NCBI GenBank assembly: GCA_018220935.1
Contig: JAAOXU010000015.1
Location: 2,255 to 66,254, forward strand
DNA: 64,000 bases
Direction: 5' to 3'
DNA from: Candidatus Altiarchaeota archaeon
GTDB taxonomy: Archaea > SpSt-1190
The notes under the pieces were generated by a model. That model did not search any database, had not been told where the DNA came from, and saw only the letters and a list, made by a program, of their open reading frames with translations. A program made the position numbers and the translations under genes. Of the stretch, positions 48,841 to 58,593 are shown piece after piece (positions within the stretch are counted from its first letter, which is position 1; each line of letters begins with the position of its first letter).

Positions 48841-48863
48841 ATGTTTTATAAGCTTAAGCATAC

Positions 48864-49922
48864 TCACAAATAACGTAAAAGTGCGCCAATTCCACCCATT
48901 GAGAGAAATTCAACGCCACTTCCAGGCTCATCGCTAATATACTCAACATCAATATTGTTGTCCTCACCTAATTCTTCAAATTTTTGTAGGACTAAATCAT
49001 CTAACCCTTCACTTAAAATTAAAGTCTCAACGGAACCTTTTAGGATGGCATCTTCCACGCCAACTTTACCATATTCAACGGGCATTCCTTTTGCAATGCG
49101 TTTAAAAAATTCTTCCAATATTCTTTTTTCATGAACTAGTTCAGTTTCAGCTAAAACGTCTTCACTTTTATCAACTAATTCACGCAAACCATACTCATCA
49201 CTATATCCTATGTCTTTTATTGCGATAATTTTTTCCTTTATTCTGTTTGATAAGTAATTATGAAAATCTTCTTTAGTTGGACCTGGTCCCCCTAGTAAAA
49301 TTCCTTTAGTTTCAAAAAGTGTCAAGTTGACGGCGTCAGCCATCATTTTGTAGAAGTCTTTTGCCATACCGTCTCTTACTCTTTCAAACCTTTGTGAACT
49401 TTGCCCTCCAGCTCTTGTTTTTCCTGGAATAATGCTCTTCATACTTTTTAGTACGTCAATTCTTTTACCTCTTAAAATTCCAATGGTTGCACCGCGTTTC
49501 TCAATTACGACTAAACCATAAACGTCTTTAGGTGCTAACATGTCTTTGAATGGCTCTAAATAAAATGTCTGATCGCACCGATAAATTCGAGCTTGTAGTG
49601 GCTCTGGTGGGATAATACTTTCCATTATCCACTCATCTCTCTCGTTTCCAACATTCCCTGCAAATATCGCAATTCCATTCTCTGGGGTCTTCTTAAACAA
49701 AGTTAAATGTTGTAAAATCTTTTCTAAAGCATCAGATACATTCAAACGCGTTTTTTTGCTTTTTATATTGACTGCAGTCCCTTTTTCTTGGGCAACTTGA
49801 TTTCTTATTTTATCTAGGTTGTATCCTGCTGGAACTATGACTGTAACTAGCTCAGTATGCCTTCCCCTATGCTTTTTGAGCTCTTTAATCTTCTTTTTGA
49901 AGTCGATTAGTGATTTTTCCAC
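48864..49922 (-). CDS. prf1: Peptide chain release factor aRF1 (short form)
   Basis: It has the NIKS motif (TAVNIKSKK) and the GGQ motif (RAGGQSSQRF). Confidence 0.85.
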   Translation of the reverse strand: MEKSLIDFKKKIKELKKHRGRHTELVTVIVPAGYNLDKIRNQVAQEKGTAVNIKSKKTRLNVSDALEKILQHLTLFKKTPENGIAIFAGNVGNERDEWIMESIIPPEPLQARIYRCDQTFYLEPFKDMLAPKDVYGLVVIEKRGATIGILRGKRIDVLKSMKSIIPGKTRAGGQSSQRFERVRDGMAKDFYKMMADAVNLTLFETKGILLGGPGPTKEDFHNYLSNRIKEKIIAIKDIGYSDEYGLRELVDKSEDVLAETELVHEKRILEEFFKRIAKGMPVEYGKVGVEDAILKGSVETLILSEGLDDLVLQKFEELGEDNNIDVEYISDEPGSGVEFLSMGGIGALLRYL

Positions 49923-49970
49923 GTATTTCTTTTCAGCACACCTTTTTAAATTAGTTTTTCAAGTGTTATT

Positions 49971-52250
49971 ATGCCTGATCCAAAGTTAAAGGAAAAAAGA
50001 TGGAGCCAGAGCTTTGAGAAAGACCTGTTTAGTAAGTGGCAGTCTGAAAAGCTTTATTCTAAAGACAAATTAAAGGAGGGTCAGGTATTTGTTGTGGACA
50101 CTCCACCCCCATATCCTAGTGGGAGATGGCATGTTGGTGGGGCGCTTCATTTTTGTCAAATTGATATGATTGCAAGATATTGGAGAATGAGTAGACAAAA
50201 TGTATGGTTTCCTATTGGAATTGACCGGAATGGTTTACCAATTGAGAGTAGGGTTGAAAAAGACTTCTCAATTAAGGCTCATGAAGTTCCGCGCGGCGAA
50301 TTTTTAGTTAAGTGTCGCAGAACTCTTGACAAATATGAAAAGAATATTTCAAATATTATGAATATGACTGGGCTTAGTGTTGATTGGTCCAATGTTTATC
50401 GAACTGACTCGCCCGAGTACAGAACTTTGACTCAAAGCACGTTTATTGAACTTTGGAATAATGGTTTAATTTATGAAGATACTAAACCCAATAACTGGTG
50501 TCCTGGTTGTAAGACTACTCTTGCTGATGCCGAAGTAGAATACAGAACACAAAAGGGTAAATTGATTTATGTTAACTTTCCACTAAAAGATGGTGGGAAT
50601 ATTCAAATTGCTACTACGCGTCCAGAACTTTTGGGTGCGTGTCAGGCAATAACTGTTCATCCGAGTGGGAGTAAGTATTCAAATCTTGCGGGTAAGACTG
50701 CAATAGTTCCTTTGTATGATAAAGAGATTTCAATTATTGCTAGGGATGATACTAATCCAGAAGTTGGTACTGGTGCTATGATGGTTTGTTCATATGGAGA
50801 CCAAGAAGACGTTAAGGTGTTTAGGGAACTAAACCTAATTGAGACCATTATTATTGACCAAGGCGGTAAGATGAATGAGTTAGCAGGTAGTTACAAAGGT
50901 ATGACTACTAAAGATGCTAAGGCTGCTGTAATCAAGGACTTAGAAGCTAAGGGCTTTGTTGAGAAAACTGAAAGTGTTGACCAAAATATTCCAATTTGTT
51001 GGAGGAGTAAAGATGATATTGAATTAATTTCTCTCCCCGAATATTACTTAAAACAAGTTGAATTTGTTGACAAAATGCGTGAACTTACTGATGATATAAC
51101 GTTTCACCCACCTAAATTTAAACAACTATTACTTGATTGGTTGGGGTCAATAAGTCAAGATTGGCCAATTAGTCGAAGGAGATTCTACGGAACGCCTGTT
51201 CCTTTATTTATTTGTGAAGATCACGGAAAATTTGCACCTGAACCTGGAGTCTATTATGAGGCCTGGGATATGAAATTAAAGTGTACACAATGTGACAAAA
51301 TGTGTGAAGGTGATACTCGTGTATTAGATACTTGGATGGATTCAAGTGTTTCACCTTTGTGGGTTAGTGGCTATAAGCAAAATGATGAATTTTTCAAAAG
51401 AAGTTTTCCAGTTTTTCTTAGACCCCAAGGTAAGGACATTGTTAGAACTTGGTTAAATTACTCCCTTCTTAGAGTTTATCAGATGACAGGAAAAAAAGCA
51501 TTTGAGCATGTCTGGATTAGTGGACATGTTGTTGATAAAGAGGGTAAAAAAATGAGTAAGTCTCTTGGTAATGTAGTATACCCTGAACCCTTAGTTGAAA
51601 AATTTGGTGCTGATACTCTCAGGTACTATGGTGCTGCTGAGGCTAAATTAGGTTCGGATATTAGGGCTAGTGAAGAAAGAATTGCAGGATCTGCTAAATT
51701 TATTCAAAAATTATACAACGTTTCAAAATTTATCAGTATGTTTGATGATTCTAAAGCTGTAAAACTTGAACCTGTAGATGCGTGGATAATGGGTGAACTT
51801 GCAAAACTCTCATCAAGGTCTATTCGAGGATACGAGGACATGGATGTTTTTGTTCCTGCTAATGAAATTAGAAACTTTGTTTGGGATATTTTTGCATCGC
51901 ACTATATTGAAATGGTTAAAGGTAGGGCATATGAGGGGGATAAATCTGCAAGATACACCCTTCATGCGGCGCTTAGGACTATTCTTAAACTTCTCGCCCC
52001 CATTACACCCTTCATTACTGATTACGTATACAGAGAATTGTATGGTAAGACTATTCACCTAGAAAACTTTGATAAACTTGAAGTTGGTGAAAATTTACCG
52101 ACTAGTGACTTGATTAAGTTCAATGAAAGTGTTTGGGCTAAAAAGAAGGAAGCTGGAATTAGTTTAAGGGATGAAATCAAGCTAAAAGTTCCTGAAATCC
52201 TAAAAACGTACGAAAAAGACCTTATTCGTATGCATAATCTTCGACAATAA
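49971..52250 (+). CDS. valS: Class Ia aminoacyl-tRNA synthetase with an editing domain, most likely valyl-tRNA synthetase (compact, 759 aa)
   Basis: It has PPPYPSGRWHVGG (a degenerate HIGH), KMSKSLGN, ATTRPELLGACQAITVHP...GKTAIVPL, GTGAMMV and VLDTWMDSS, which are ValRS-like CP1 and post-CP1 motifs. LeuRS or IleRS is not excluded. Confidence 0.55.
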   Translation: MPDPKLKEKRWSQSFEKDLFSKWQSEKLYSKDKLKEGQVFVVDTPPPYPSGRWHVGGALHFCQIDMIARYWRMSRQNVWFPIGIDRNGLPIESRVEKDFSIKAHEVPRGEFLVKCRRTLDKYEKNISNIMNMTGLSVDWSNVYRTDSPEYRTLTQSTFIELWNNGLIYEDTKPNNWCPGCKTTLADAEVEYRTQKGKLIYVNFPLKDGGNIQIATTRPELLGACQAITVHPSGSKYSNLAGKTAIVPLYDKEISIIARDDTNPEVGTGAMMVCSYGDQEDVKVFRELNLIETIIIDQGGKMNELAGSYKGMTTKDAKAAVIKDLEAKGFVEKTESVDQNIPICWRSKDDIELISLPEYYLKQVEFVDKMRELTDDITFHPPKFKQLLLDWLGSISQDWPISRRRFYGTPVPLFICEDHGKFAPEPGVYYEAWDMKLKCTQCDKMCEGDTRVLDTWMDSSVSPLWVSGYKQNDEFFKRSFPVFLRPQGKDIVRTWLNYSLLRVYQMTGKKAFEHVWISGHVVDKEGKKMSKSLGNVVYPEPLVEKFGADTLRYYGAAEAKLGSDIRASEERIAGSAKFIQKLYNVSKFISMFDDSKAVKLEPVDAWIMGELAKLSSRSIRGYEDMDVFVPANEIRNFVWDIFASHYIEMVKGRAYEGDKSARYTLHAALRTILKLLAPITPFITDYVYRELYGKTIHLENFDKLEVGENLPTSDLIKFNESVWAKKKEAGISLRDEIKLKVPEILKTYEKDLIRMHNLRQ

Positions 52251-52274
52251 TCGAGAAAGATATAAAAGCCACAT

Positions 52275-53597
52275 TTGTGGGCAGATAATATGTCAACTGG
52301 TGTCGAAGCAACTAACGACAGCAAAGATGCTAAAAATCTAAGTGTATATGCCTTAATTACTGATGCGCATCTTGCTTTTAGACAAGTTTCTGATTCACCT
52401 GATCGATATGTTAAACTTGGTATAGTTGACGGTATGCCATATTACAAAAGTGCCCTAAAAAATTTAAGGGATTTAAGACAACTAAAACAAAACGGTAAAA
52501 TTAAAAAAATTGTTTTGATGGGTGATGTTTTTGATCATATTCTTAGTGAAGGTCCAAATATAATTCATGATTATATGGACTTAGGCGAACCTGAAGACTT
52601 AAACGAAACATCTTTTGATATTTCTAATTTTAAGGCATATTACAATATGTATCAAGAACTTGCTAAAGAAATAAGAGATGGTGTTGATGATGGTGATATG
52701 ATTTATGTTATTGGAAACCATGAAGATCCTTCAAAACTAAAAGACCTTGACATAAATTATGTTGATTATTTTGAAGCTGATAATATGAAATTTGTTCACG
52801 GTGATGAACACGACTCCTTACTTGGTTTGGCAGGACTTGCTCCTGATTCGGGGGGTATTCGTGGAAAATTAAAGAGTTGGGCATATAATGTTATGACTAG
52901 AAGAAAACCTGAAGCTGGAATTCGTAGGTTTGTATCTAGTATGATAAAAAATACGACTAGAGTTTATGGTTTAGTAAATTATTTTTCAAATGAAATGTTT
53001 CAAAAGTTAGGTAGTTCATCTTTTGAAAAATACCAAGCAAGTGTTGAGGCTGATCTTGGCCGTGAATTAATTGATACTGAAAAAAAAGTACTACAAGTTT
53101 ATCACGATGATTTTGTAACTAGTGGTTTTGGCCTACATCGTGCTAAAACGTATTTAGATGGACACGCAAAAGAGAATCCAGATAAATTTATTGTGATGGG
53201 TCATGAACACACACCATATATTCATGAGCAAGGTGCAGCATTTTCAAATCTTTATTCGGGGGGCGTTAGTTTTATTGGTAGGGCAAAAAATGGTGAAATT
53301 AGAACTATTCATGGATTAGAAGGTGCAAGTGGGATCTTAGAAGATTCTCCCCATAGCTCATACTCTAAATTATTTAGTAGGGCTGCAATCTCAGAATACA
53401 GAAAAAATAGAACCTCAAAGCACTGGAAGTCACTAGGACTTACAAATGCAGAAGCGTCAGAAGAACATTTAGAATATGTATCAAACCTACTTGAAGAGGT
53501 ATATTCTAATTCCTTATTAGAAGTGCCAGATGATCTTTCTCAAACGGCTCAAGAGACTTCTCATCAATTATCTTATAGTCCTTTAATTCGTGCTTAA
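52275..53597 (+). CDS. Calcineurin-like metallophosphoesterase
   Basis: It has the motifs DAH, MGDVFDH, VIGNHED and MGHEHTP. The 3' end overlaps the convergent fibrillarin gene, so the true C-terminus is uncertain. Confidence 0.6.
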   Translation: MWADNMSTGVEATNDSKDAKNLSVYALITDAHLAFRQVSDSPDRYVKLGIVDGMPYYKSALKNLRDLRQLKQNGKIKKIVLMGDVFDHILSEGPNIIHDYMDLGEPEDLNETSFDISNFKAYYNMYQELAKEIRDGVDDGDMIYVIGNHEDPSKLKDLDINYVDYFEADNMKFVHGDEHDSLLGLAGLAPDSGGIRGKLKSWAYNVMTRRKPEAGIRRFVSSMIKNTTRVYGLVNYFSNEMFQKLGSSSFEKYQASVEADLGRELIDTEKKVLQVYHDDFVTSGFGLHRAKTYLDGHAKENPDKFIVMGHEHTPYIHEQGAAFSNLYSGGVSFIGRAKNGEIRTIHGLEGASGILEDSPHSSYSKLFSRAAISEYRKNRTSKHWKSLGLTNAEASEEHLEYVSNLLEEVYSNSLLEVPDDLSQTAQETSHQLSYSPLIRA

Positions 53598-54129
53598 ATT
53601 CCTTGAAAATCTTTCTTGGATTACTAGTAACATCAATACTTCTAGCTTTAATTGCAACAAAAGCAAGACCTCCCTTTTTTAGATAGGTCTTAATATTTTT
53701 AATCAGAATTTGAGCTTGATTGGGTTGAGCTACGTCCTGGATTATTAAGTCTACTTCTGGGACTAGGTGCTTATATATTTCTGGTCGGTTTGCATCCTTT
53801 AGTATTGGAACTAAATTTTTTCTAACCTCACTTAGTAAAAGAAAATCTCTTAGTACACGTGGTGCTGGATCAACGCCATATATCATACCGTTTTTTACTT
53901 CATCACTAATGTGACTTGCTGTAGTTCCACTAGCAACTCCTAAGTATAAAACTATCATATCTTCAGTTAATGGAATCTTCATGCCCTTTTGAAGGGCAGC
54001 TCCAACTTTACTACGTTTTGGATCCCAAATTCTAAATTCCTTACCTTTTTTCTTGATAATTCTTTCTCCATACACAAGTTGTCCTTTGACTAAATTCTCA
54101 GTTGCGAAATCTCTTTTTATCCTAATCAT
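53506..54129 (-). CDS. flpA: Fibrillarin-like rRNA/tRNA 2'-O-methyltransferase
   Basis: It has the VLYLGVASGTTASHISDEV SAM-binding motif and a fibrillarin fold. Confidence 0.9.
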   Translation of the reverse strand: MIRIKRDFATENLVKGQLVYGERIIKKKGKEFRIWDPKRSKVGAALQKGMKIPLTEDMIVLYLGVASGTTASHISDEVKNGMIYGVDPAPRVLRDFLLLSEVRKNLVPILKDANRPEIYKHLVPEVDLIIQDVAQPNQAQILIKNIKTYLKKGGLAFVAIKARSIDVTSNPRKIFKEFKHELKDYKIIDEKSLEPFEKDHLALLIRN

Positions 54130-54347
54130 TTTATCTTCTCCTTCACTGCTGTATAAATTAACACTGCTATTAGCAATACGACTTCTAGTATTATGAAAAG
54201 TAGTACACCCACAATTATATTAGGTTCATATATTCTTGCTTGCGCTAAATTGTAAATGGTGTTGGCATAGTAAAAGCCAAGCATAGTTATCAGCACAATT
54301 ACTGATGTGATAATTGTTTCAAAAAAGTCATATTTTGGAATTTTCAA
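54126..54347 (-). CDS. 73-aa two-TM membrane micro-protein inserted between nop5 and flpA
   Basis: There are ATGA overlaps at both ends (nop5 stop with its start; its stop with the flpA start). The protein is strongly hydrophobic. Confidence 0.45.
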   Translation of the reverse strand: MKIPKYDFFETIITSVIVLITMLGFYYANTIYNLAQARIYEPNIIVGVLLFIILEVVLLIAVLIYTAVKEKIK

Positions 54348-55291
54348 TTTAATACCTCTTTAATTCGTTTGTTCCAAGATCTTGTGATTGAATCATTAAT
54401 TTTCCCTGAATAAAAATCAATTCTTGATGCTAGTGCCATTTTTGAAGCTAAAGTCCTAGCAAGTCTCCCACGTTTATCTCTTGGTGCTCTGTTAATTACG
54501 GCATGTTGAAATATTACACCGTGTTTTGGTGGTGGTGTTCCCTTTCTTAAATGTTTAAACAAGGCTTTTTCTGCACCAAGTACTTGTATGGTGCTCCCTG
54601 GCATTTCGCTTAACTTCTTTAGACTCCCCGCTCTGTCGACTAACCTTGCACCAAGATTTGCACCTGCAAGTTTTTCTAAATTGGGTGCAACCTCTTTCAT
54701 TAATTTTTCTAAGTATGCTTCTAAGCTCCCTTTTTCTTTGTACATTTCAAGAATCATTTTAGCAGATTTTTGTATTGCCTCTTTATCCTTTTCCGACAAT
54801 TCAATTCCCATGCTTTTACCTCTTTTATCATCTAAAATCTTTTTTAAGAATTTTTCGTGATCTTCTTCTTTTAATTCTGGATAATGTAGGCCATACCACT
54901 CTCGAATTCGGTTTATCATAATGTTGATACTTTTGTTTAAGTCATCAAGTCCTGCAACTGATTGAATTATGATATAATCCTTTCCGATGGCTTTTTTTAG
55001 TAAAATTTTTCCTTCTTCAATCCCAACGAGTCTTGAATATGCCAAATAATCCCTTCGTTTTGTGCCAATTAAACTGGCAGCACGCAATGGATCAAAAAGA
55101 CCATCTTCTACGTCGAGTCCCTTCTTGATTAGTTTTTTTTGCCATTCTTCAAAACTACCGTCATTAAGCTCTATTGCGACCTTTTTTGGGTCTTTTGGGA
55201 GCTCTTTCATCTCAACAATCTGATTTTGCATTGCAATCGCAAAGAATCCATAAGGAGTTTTAGCTAATTTAACCACACTCTTTTGTGACAC
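54344..55291 (-). CDS. nop5: Nop5/Nop56/Nop58 C/D box snoRNP protein (short, 315 aa)
   Basis: It has the NOP domain (GARLVDRAGSLKKLSEMPGSTIQVLGAEKALFKHL) and a reduced coiled-coil region. Confidence 0.85.
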   Translation of the reverse strand: MSQKSVVKLAKTPYGFFAIAMQNQIVEMKELPKDPKKVAIELNDGSFEEWQKKLIKKGLDVEDGLFDPLRAASLIGTKRRDYLAYSRLVGIEEGKILLKKAIGKDYIIIQSVAGLDDLNKSINIMINRIREWYGLHYPELKEEDHEKFLKKILDDKRGKSMGIELSEKDKEAIQKSAKMILEMYKEKGSLEAYLEKLMKEVAPNLEKLAGANLGARLVDRAGSLKKLSEMPGSTIQVLGAEKALFKHLRKGTPPPKHGVIFQHAVINRAPRDKRGRLARTLASKMALASRIDFYSGKINDSITRSWNKRIKEVLN

Positions 55292-55328
55292 GGCTATTTT
55301 AAAGCATTATTCTTAACGAAAATTAGAC

Positions 55329-56648
55329 TTATGGATAAACTCGATTGATAAATCTTGGAAATGGTAGTGCATCTCTAATATGATCAAGTTTTAGCATTGA
55401 TACGAGAAGTCTTTCAATACCTAGGCCAAAACCACTGTGTGGAACACTGCCGTATCGACGCAGATCAAGATACCACTCATAATCTTTTTGATTTAACTTA
55501 TGCATTTTCATATTTTCAAGAAGTAAATCTAGTTTCCACTCCCTCTCACTCCCACCAATAGTCTCTCCTACGTGGGGTGCCATCAAATCATTATTTAGTA
55601 CGACTTTAGGGTTAGATTCATCGACTTTCATGTAAAAAGCTTTCATTTCTCTTGGATAATGAGTTACAAAAACAAAGCCGTTAAGTTTCTCAACTAAGTA
55701 TCTTTCCTCTTCAGTTCCAAGGTCGTCTCCCCATTTTAGCTTTGGGAATTTATTTTTTACTTCATTAATGGCTTCATCATATGTGATTCTAATCCACTTA
55801 TCCTTAGCCCAAGTCTCAAGTTCGCTTCTATCTCCAAAGTCGTCTAATACATCACTTCGTTCGTCTAATACTTTTTTTATGATGTGTTTTAGGAGGTCTT
55901 CTTGAAGATCCATATTACCCTTGTAATCAACAAAAGCAACTTCAGGTTCAAGGTGCCAATACTCTGTTAGGTGACGTCTCGTTCTTGACTTTTCTGCTCT
56001 AAAACTAGGAGTTAATGCCCAGACTTTTTCAAGAGTTGGCATAAATGCTTCTAAATATAATTGAGCTGATTGACTAAGATATGCTTTGTCTCCAAAATAG
56101 GGCACTTCAAAAAGGGTTGAACCACCTTCACATGCTGAACTTACAAAAATTGGTGGATCTACCTTAAAAAATTCCTTGTTGTTAAAAAATTCAGTTGCAC
56201 CATTTACTAAAGTATTCCTAACTTTAAACACTGACTGAAGTTTACTACTTCTAAGCCAGAGGTGTCTATAATCCATTTCCATCTCAACACTTTTATATCT
56301 ATGAAATGGCCATTTTTCACTCGATTCACCAATTACTAAAATTTTTTCTGCTTGAAGCTCAAAGCCACCGGGTGCTCTCTCGTCTTTTTTGATTACACCT
56401 TTGACATCTATACTAGCCTCAATACTTAATTTTCCGTCAACATTATTTGCACTAGTTACTACTTGCAGTAACCCATTAGCGTTTCGTAATACTACAAAAT
56501 ACTTACCGCTAATATTACGAAGTCTATGAACCCATCCTTTTAGTTCAAGCTTTTGTCCATCCTCTAACTTAATTTTTGAGGCCATTTGTGCCATAGAAAC
56601 TAAAAGTACCGTCCAATAAAAACAGTTTCTGTTATAAAACATCAACAA
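55329..56648 (-). CDS. asnS: Class IIb aminoacyl-tRNA synthetase, asparaginyl-tRNA synthetase-like
   Basis: It has motif 2 [24 protein letters not shown] (W..EPE favours AsnRS over AspRS) and motif 3 [10 protein letters not shown]. Confidence 0.6.
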   Translation of the reverse strand: MLMFYNRNCFYWTVLLVSMAQMASKIKLEDGQKLELKGWVHRLRNISGKYFVVLRNANGLLQVVTSANNVDGKLSIEASIDVKGVIKKDERAPGGFELQAEKILVIGESSEKWPFHRYKSVEMEMDYRHLWLRSSKLQSVFKVRNTLVNGATEFFNNKEFFKVDPPIFVSSACEGGSTLFEVPYFGDKAYLSQSAQLYLEAFMPTLEKVWALTPSFRAEKSRTRRHLTEYWHLEPEVAFVDYKGNMDLQEDLLKHIIKKVLDERSDVLDDFGDRSELETWAKDKWIRITYDEAINEVKNKFPKLKWGDDLGTEEERYLVEKLNGFVFVTHYPREMKAFYMKVDESNPKVVLNNDLMAPHVGETIGGSEREWKLDLLLENMKMHKLNQKDYEWYLDLRRYGSVPHSGFGLGIERLLVSMLKLDHIRDALPFPRFINRVYP

Positions 56649-56658
56649 TGTTACTTTT

Positions 56659-58536
56659 GTGGCAAGTAAAAGAGTTTCTGGAGTTAAAGTGTTAGTTCCT
56701 GAATCAACTGCTGAAGTTTTAATTCCTAAAACTACAATTGATCAAGTTATTGGCCAAGAAAAAGCAGTTGAACTTATGAAACGTGCAGCCCTTCAAAGAA
56801 GACATGTACTCCTAATTGGGGAACCAGGCACCGGAAAAAGCATGTTGGCTCAAGGGATGGCTGAACTCTTACCTGTTGAAGAAATGGAAGATATTGTAGT
56901 TTTTCCAAATCCTGAAGAAGATAATCAACCCCTTGTGAGGGGTTTTCCATCTGGTTTTGGGGCTGGAATCGTTCGCCAATATAGAGAACGAGCAAAAACT
57001 GTGTCTTCTTTTAGAAAAACTATACTGACTGGCTTAATGATTGCAATCGCTGTAATTACTTTTTATTATACTTTTATACTTAGAATCCCACAGGCACTAT
57101 TTAGTGGTATTATTGCTGCTGCATTCTTAATGATTTTAGGTCAACAAACTAAACCATCAAGGATAGTTCTTGTCCCCAAACTTCTGCTTAATAGGAGGCC
57201 TCGAGGAAGATCACCCTTTATTGATGCAACTGGTGCACATGAAGGTTCACTTTTAGGAGATGTTAGACATGATCCTTTTCAATCTGGTGGGTTAGAAACA
57301 CCTTCACATGAACGGGTTGAAGCTGGTGATATTCATAGAGCTCACAAAGGTGTTTTATTTATTGATGAAATTGCAACCTTAGGTAAAAAAATGCAAGTTG
57401 ATCTTCTAACTGCAATGCAGGAAAAAAAATATCCAATAACTGGGCGAAGTGAAAGATCTGCTGGGGCTATGGTTAAAACTAGTCCTGCGCCCTGTGATTT
57501 TGTATTAATTGCTGCTGGTAATGTGGTGACACTAAAACACATAAATCCTGCACTGAGGAGTAGAATTCAAGGTTATGGTTATGAAGTTTTTATGAATGAT
57601 ACTGTTAAAGACACTAAAGAGAATGAAGAAAGGTTTATTCGATTTATTGCTCAAGAAGTCGTAAAAGACAAAAAAATTCCACATTTCTCGGCCAAAGGAA
57701 TTGCTGAAATTATTGGTGTTGCAAGGAGAATGGCTAATAGGAAGGATCATCTTACTTTGAGACTTCGAGAACTTGGTGGTGTTGTCCGTGCTGCTGGTGA
57801 TTTGGCGCGTGAAGGTAATGCGAAGTTAGTTGATGATAAACATGTGAGACTTGCAATGAATAGTGCAAGGCCACTTGAGAGTCAGTTAGCCTCAAAATAT
57901 TTAGAAAAGAAAAAAGATTATCAAATAATTGCAACTACTGGTAAAGCAATTGGTAGGGTCAATGGGCTTGCTGTAATTGGGGACGATGCTGGAATTGTTT
58001 TACCGATTGAAGCTGAGGTAGTACCTGGTAGTGGAAACAAGAGTGAAGTTATTGCCACTGGAAATCTTGGAACTATTGCAAAAGAAGCGGTTAGTAATGT
58101 TTCAGCTATAATTCGAAAGTGGTTTGGTCAAGACTTAAAAAAAGATTATGACATTTATATCCAATTTTTACAAACATATGAAGGTGTTGAGGGTGATTCA
58201 GCTAGTGTGGCTGTTGCGGCAGCTATTATATCATCTGTAACTAAAGCGCCTGTAAGACAAGATATTGCCATGACTGGTTCACTTTCAGTTAGGGGTGATG
58301 TATTACCTGTTGGTGGTGTTAATGCTAAAGTTGAGGCGGCAGTTGAGGCGGGTATTAAGGAAGTTATAGTTCCAAGTGCTAACATGAAAGATATTGTTAC
58401 TAAAAAAGCTAACAAAATTAAGATTATCCCAGTTTCAAAATTAGAAGACGTTATTGAAGTCGCGCTGATTGGTAAAAAATTATTATCTCTTAAAAAAACT
58501 ACTAAAAAAACTACAAAAAAGGTAGTAACGGCTTGA
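56659..58536 (+). CDS. lonB: Archaeal membrane-bound Lon protease LonB
   Basis: It has Walker A GEPGTGKS, a TM insertion within the AAA+ domain and a C-terminal S16 domain with [12 protein letters not shown]. Confidence 0.85.
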   Translation: MASKRVSGVKVLVPESTAEVLIPKTTIDQVIGQEKAVELMKRAALQRRHVLLIGEPGTGKSMLAQGMAELLPVEEMEDIVVFPNPEEDNQPLVRGFPSGFGAGIVRQYRERAKTVSSFRKTILTGLMIAIAVITFYYTFILRIPQALFSGIIAAAFLMILGQQTKPSRIVLVPKLLLNRRPRGRSPFIDATGAHEGSLLGDVRHDPFQSGGLETPSHERVEAGDIHRAHKGVLFIDEIATLGKKMQVDLLTAMQEKKYPITGRSERSAGAMVKTSPAPCDFVLIAAGNVVTLKHINPALRSRIQGYGYEVFMNDTVKDTKENEERFIRFIAQEVVKDKKIPHFSAKGIAEIIGVARRMANRKDHLTLRLRELGGVVRAAGDLAREGNAKLVDDKHVRLAMNSARPLESQLASKYLEKKKDYQIIATTGKAIGRVNGLAVIGDDAGIVLPIEAEVVPGSGNKSEVIATGNLGTIAKEAVSNVSAIIRKWFGQDLKKDYDIYIQFLQTYEGVEGDSASVAVAAAIISSVTKAPVRQDIAMTGSLSVRGDVLPVGGVNAKVEAAVEAGIKEVIVPSANMKDIVTKKANKIKIIPVSKLEDVIEVALIGKKLLSLKKTTKKTTKKVVTA

Positions 58537-58553
58537 ATCCCGTCTTACGGGAT
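58537..58553 (+). terminator. Hairpin immediately after the lonB stop
   Basis: The sequence ATCCCG-TCTTA-CGGGAT starts one base after the TGA. Confidence 0.4.
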
Positions 58554-58593
58554 AATTTGCTAAAGGTTATTTATCCCTAGCTTATGTCCTAAT

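Noticed and set aside
51793-52324. Overlapping small ORFs at the 3' end of the class I aaRS gene
   Set aside because: They are antisense or out-of-frame relative to the well-supported synthetase reading frame, and they show no protein-like features.
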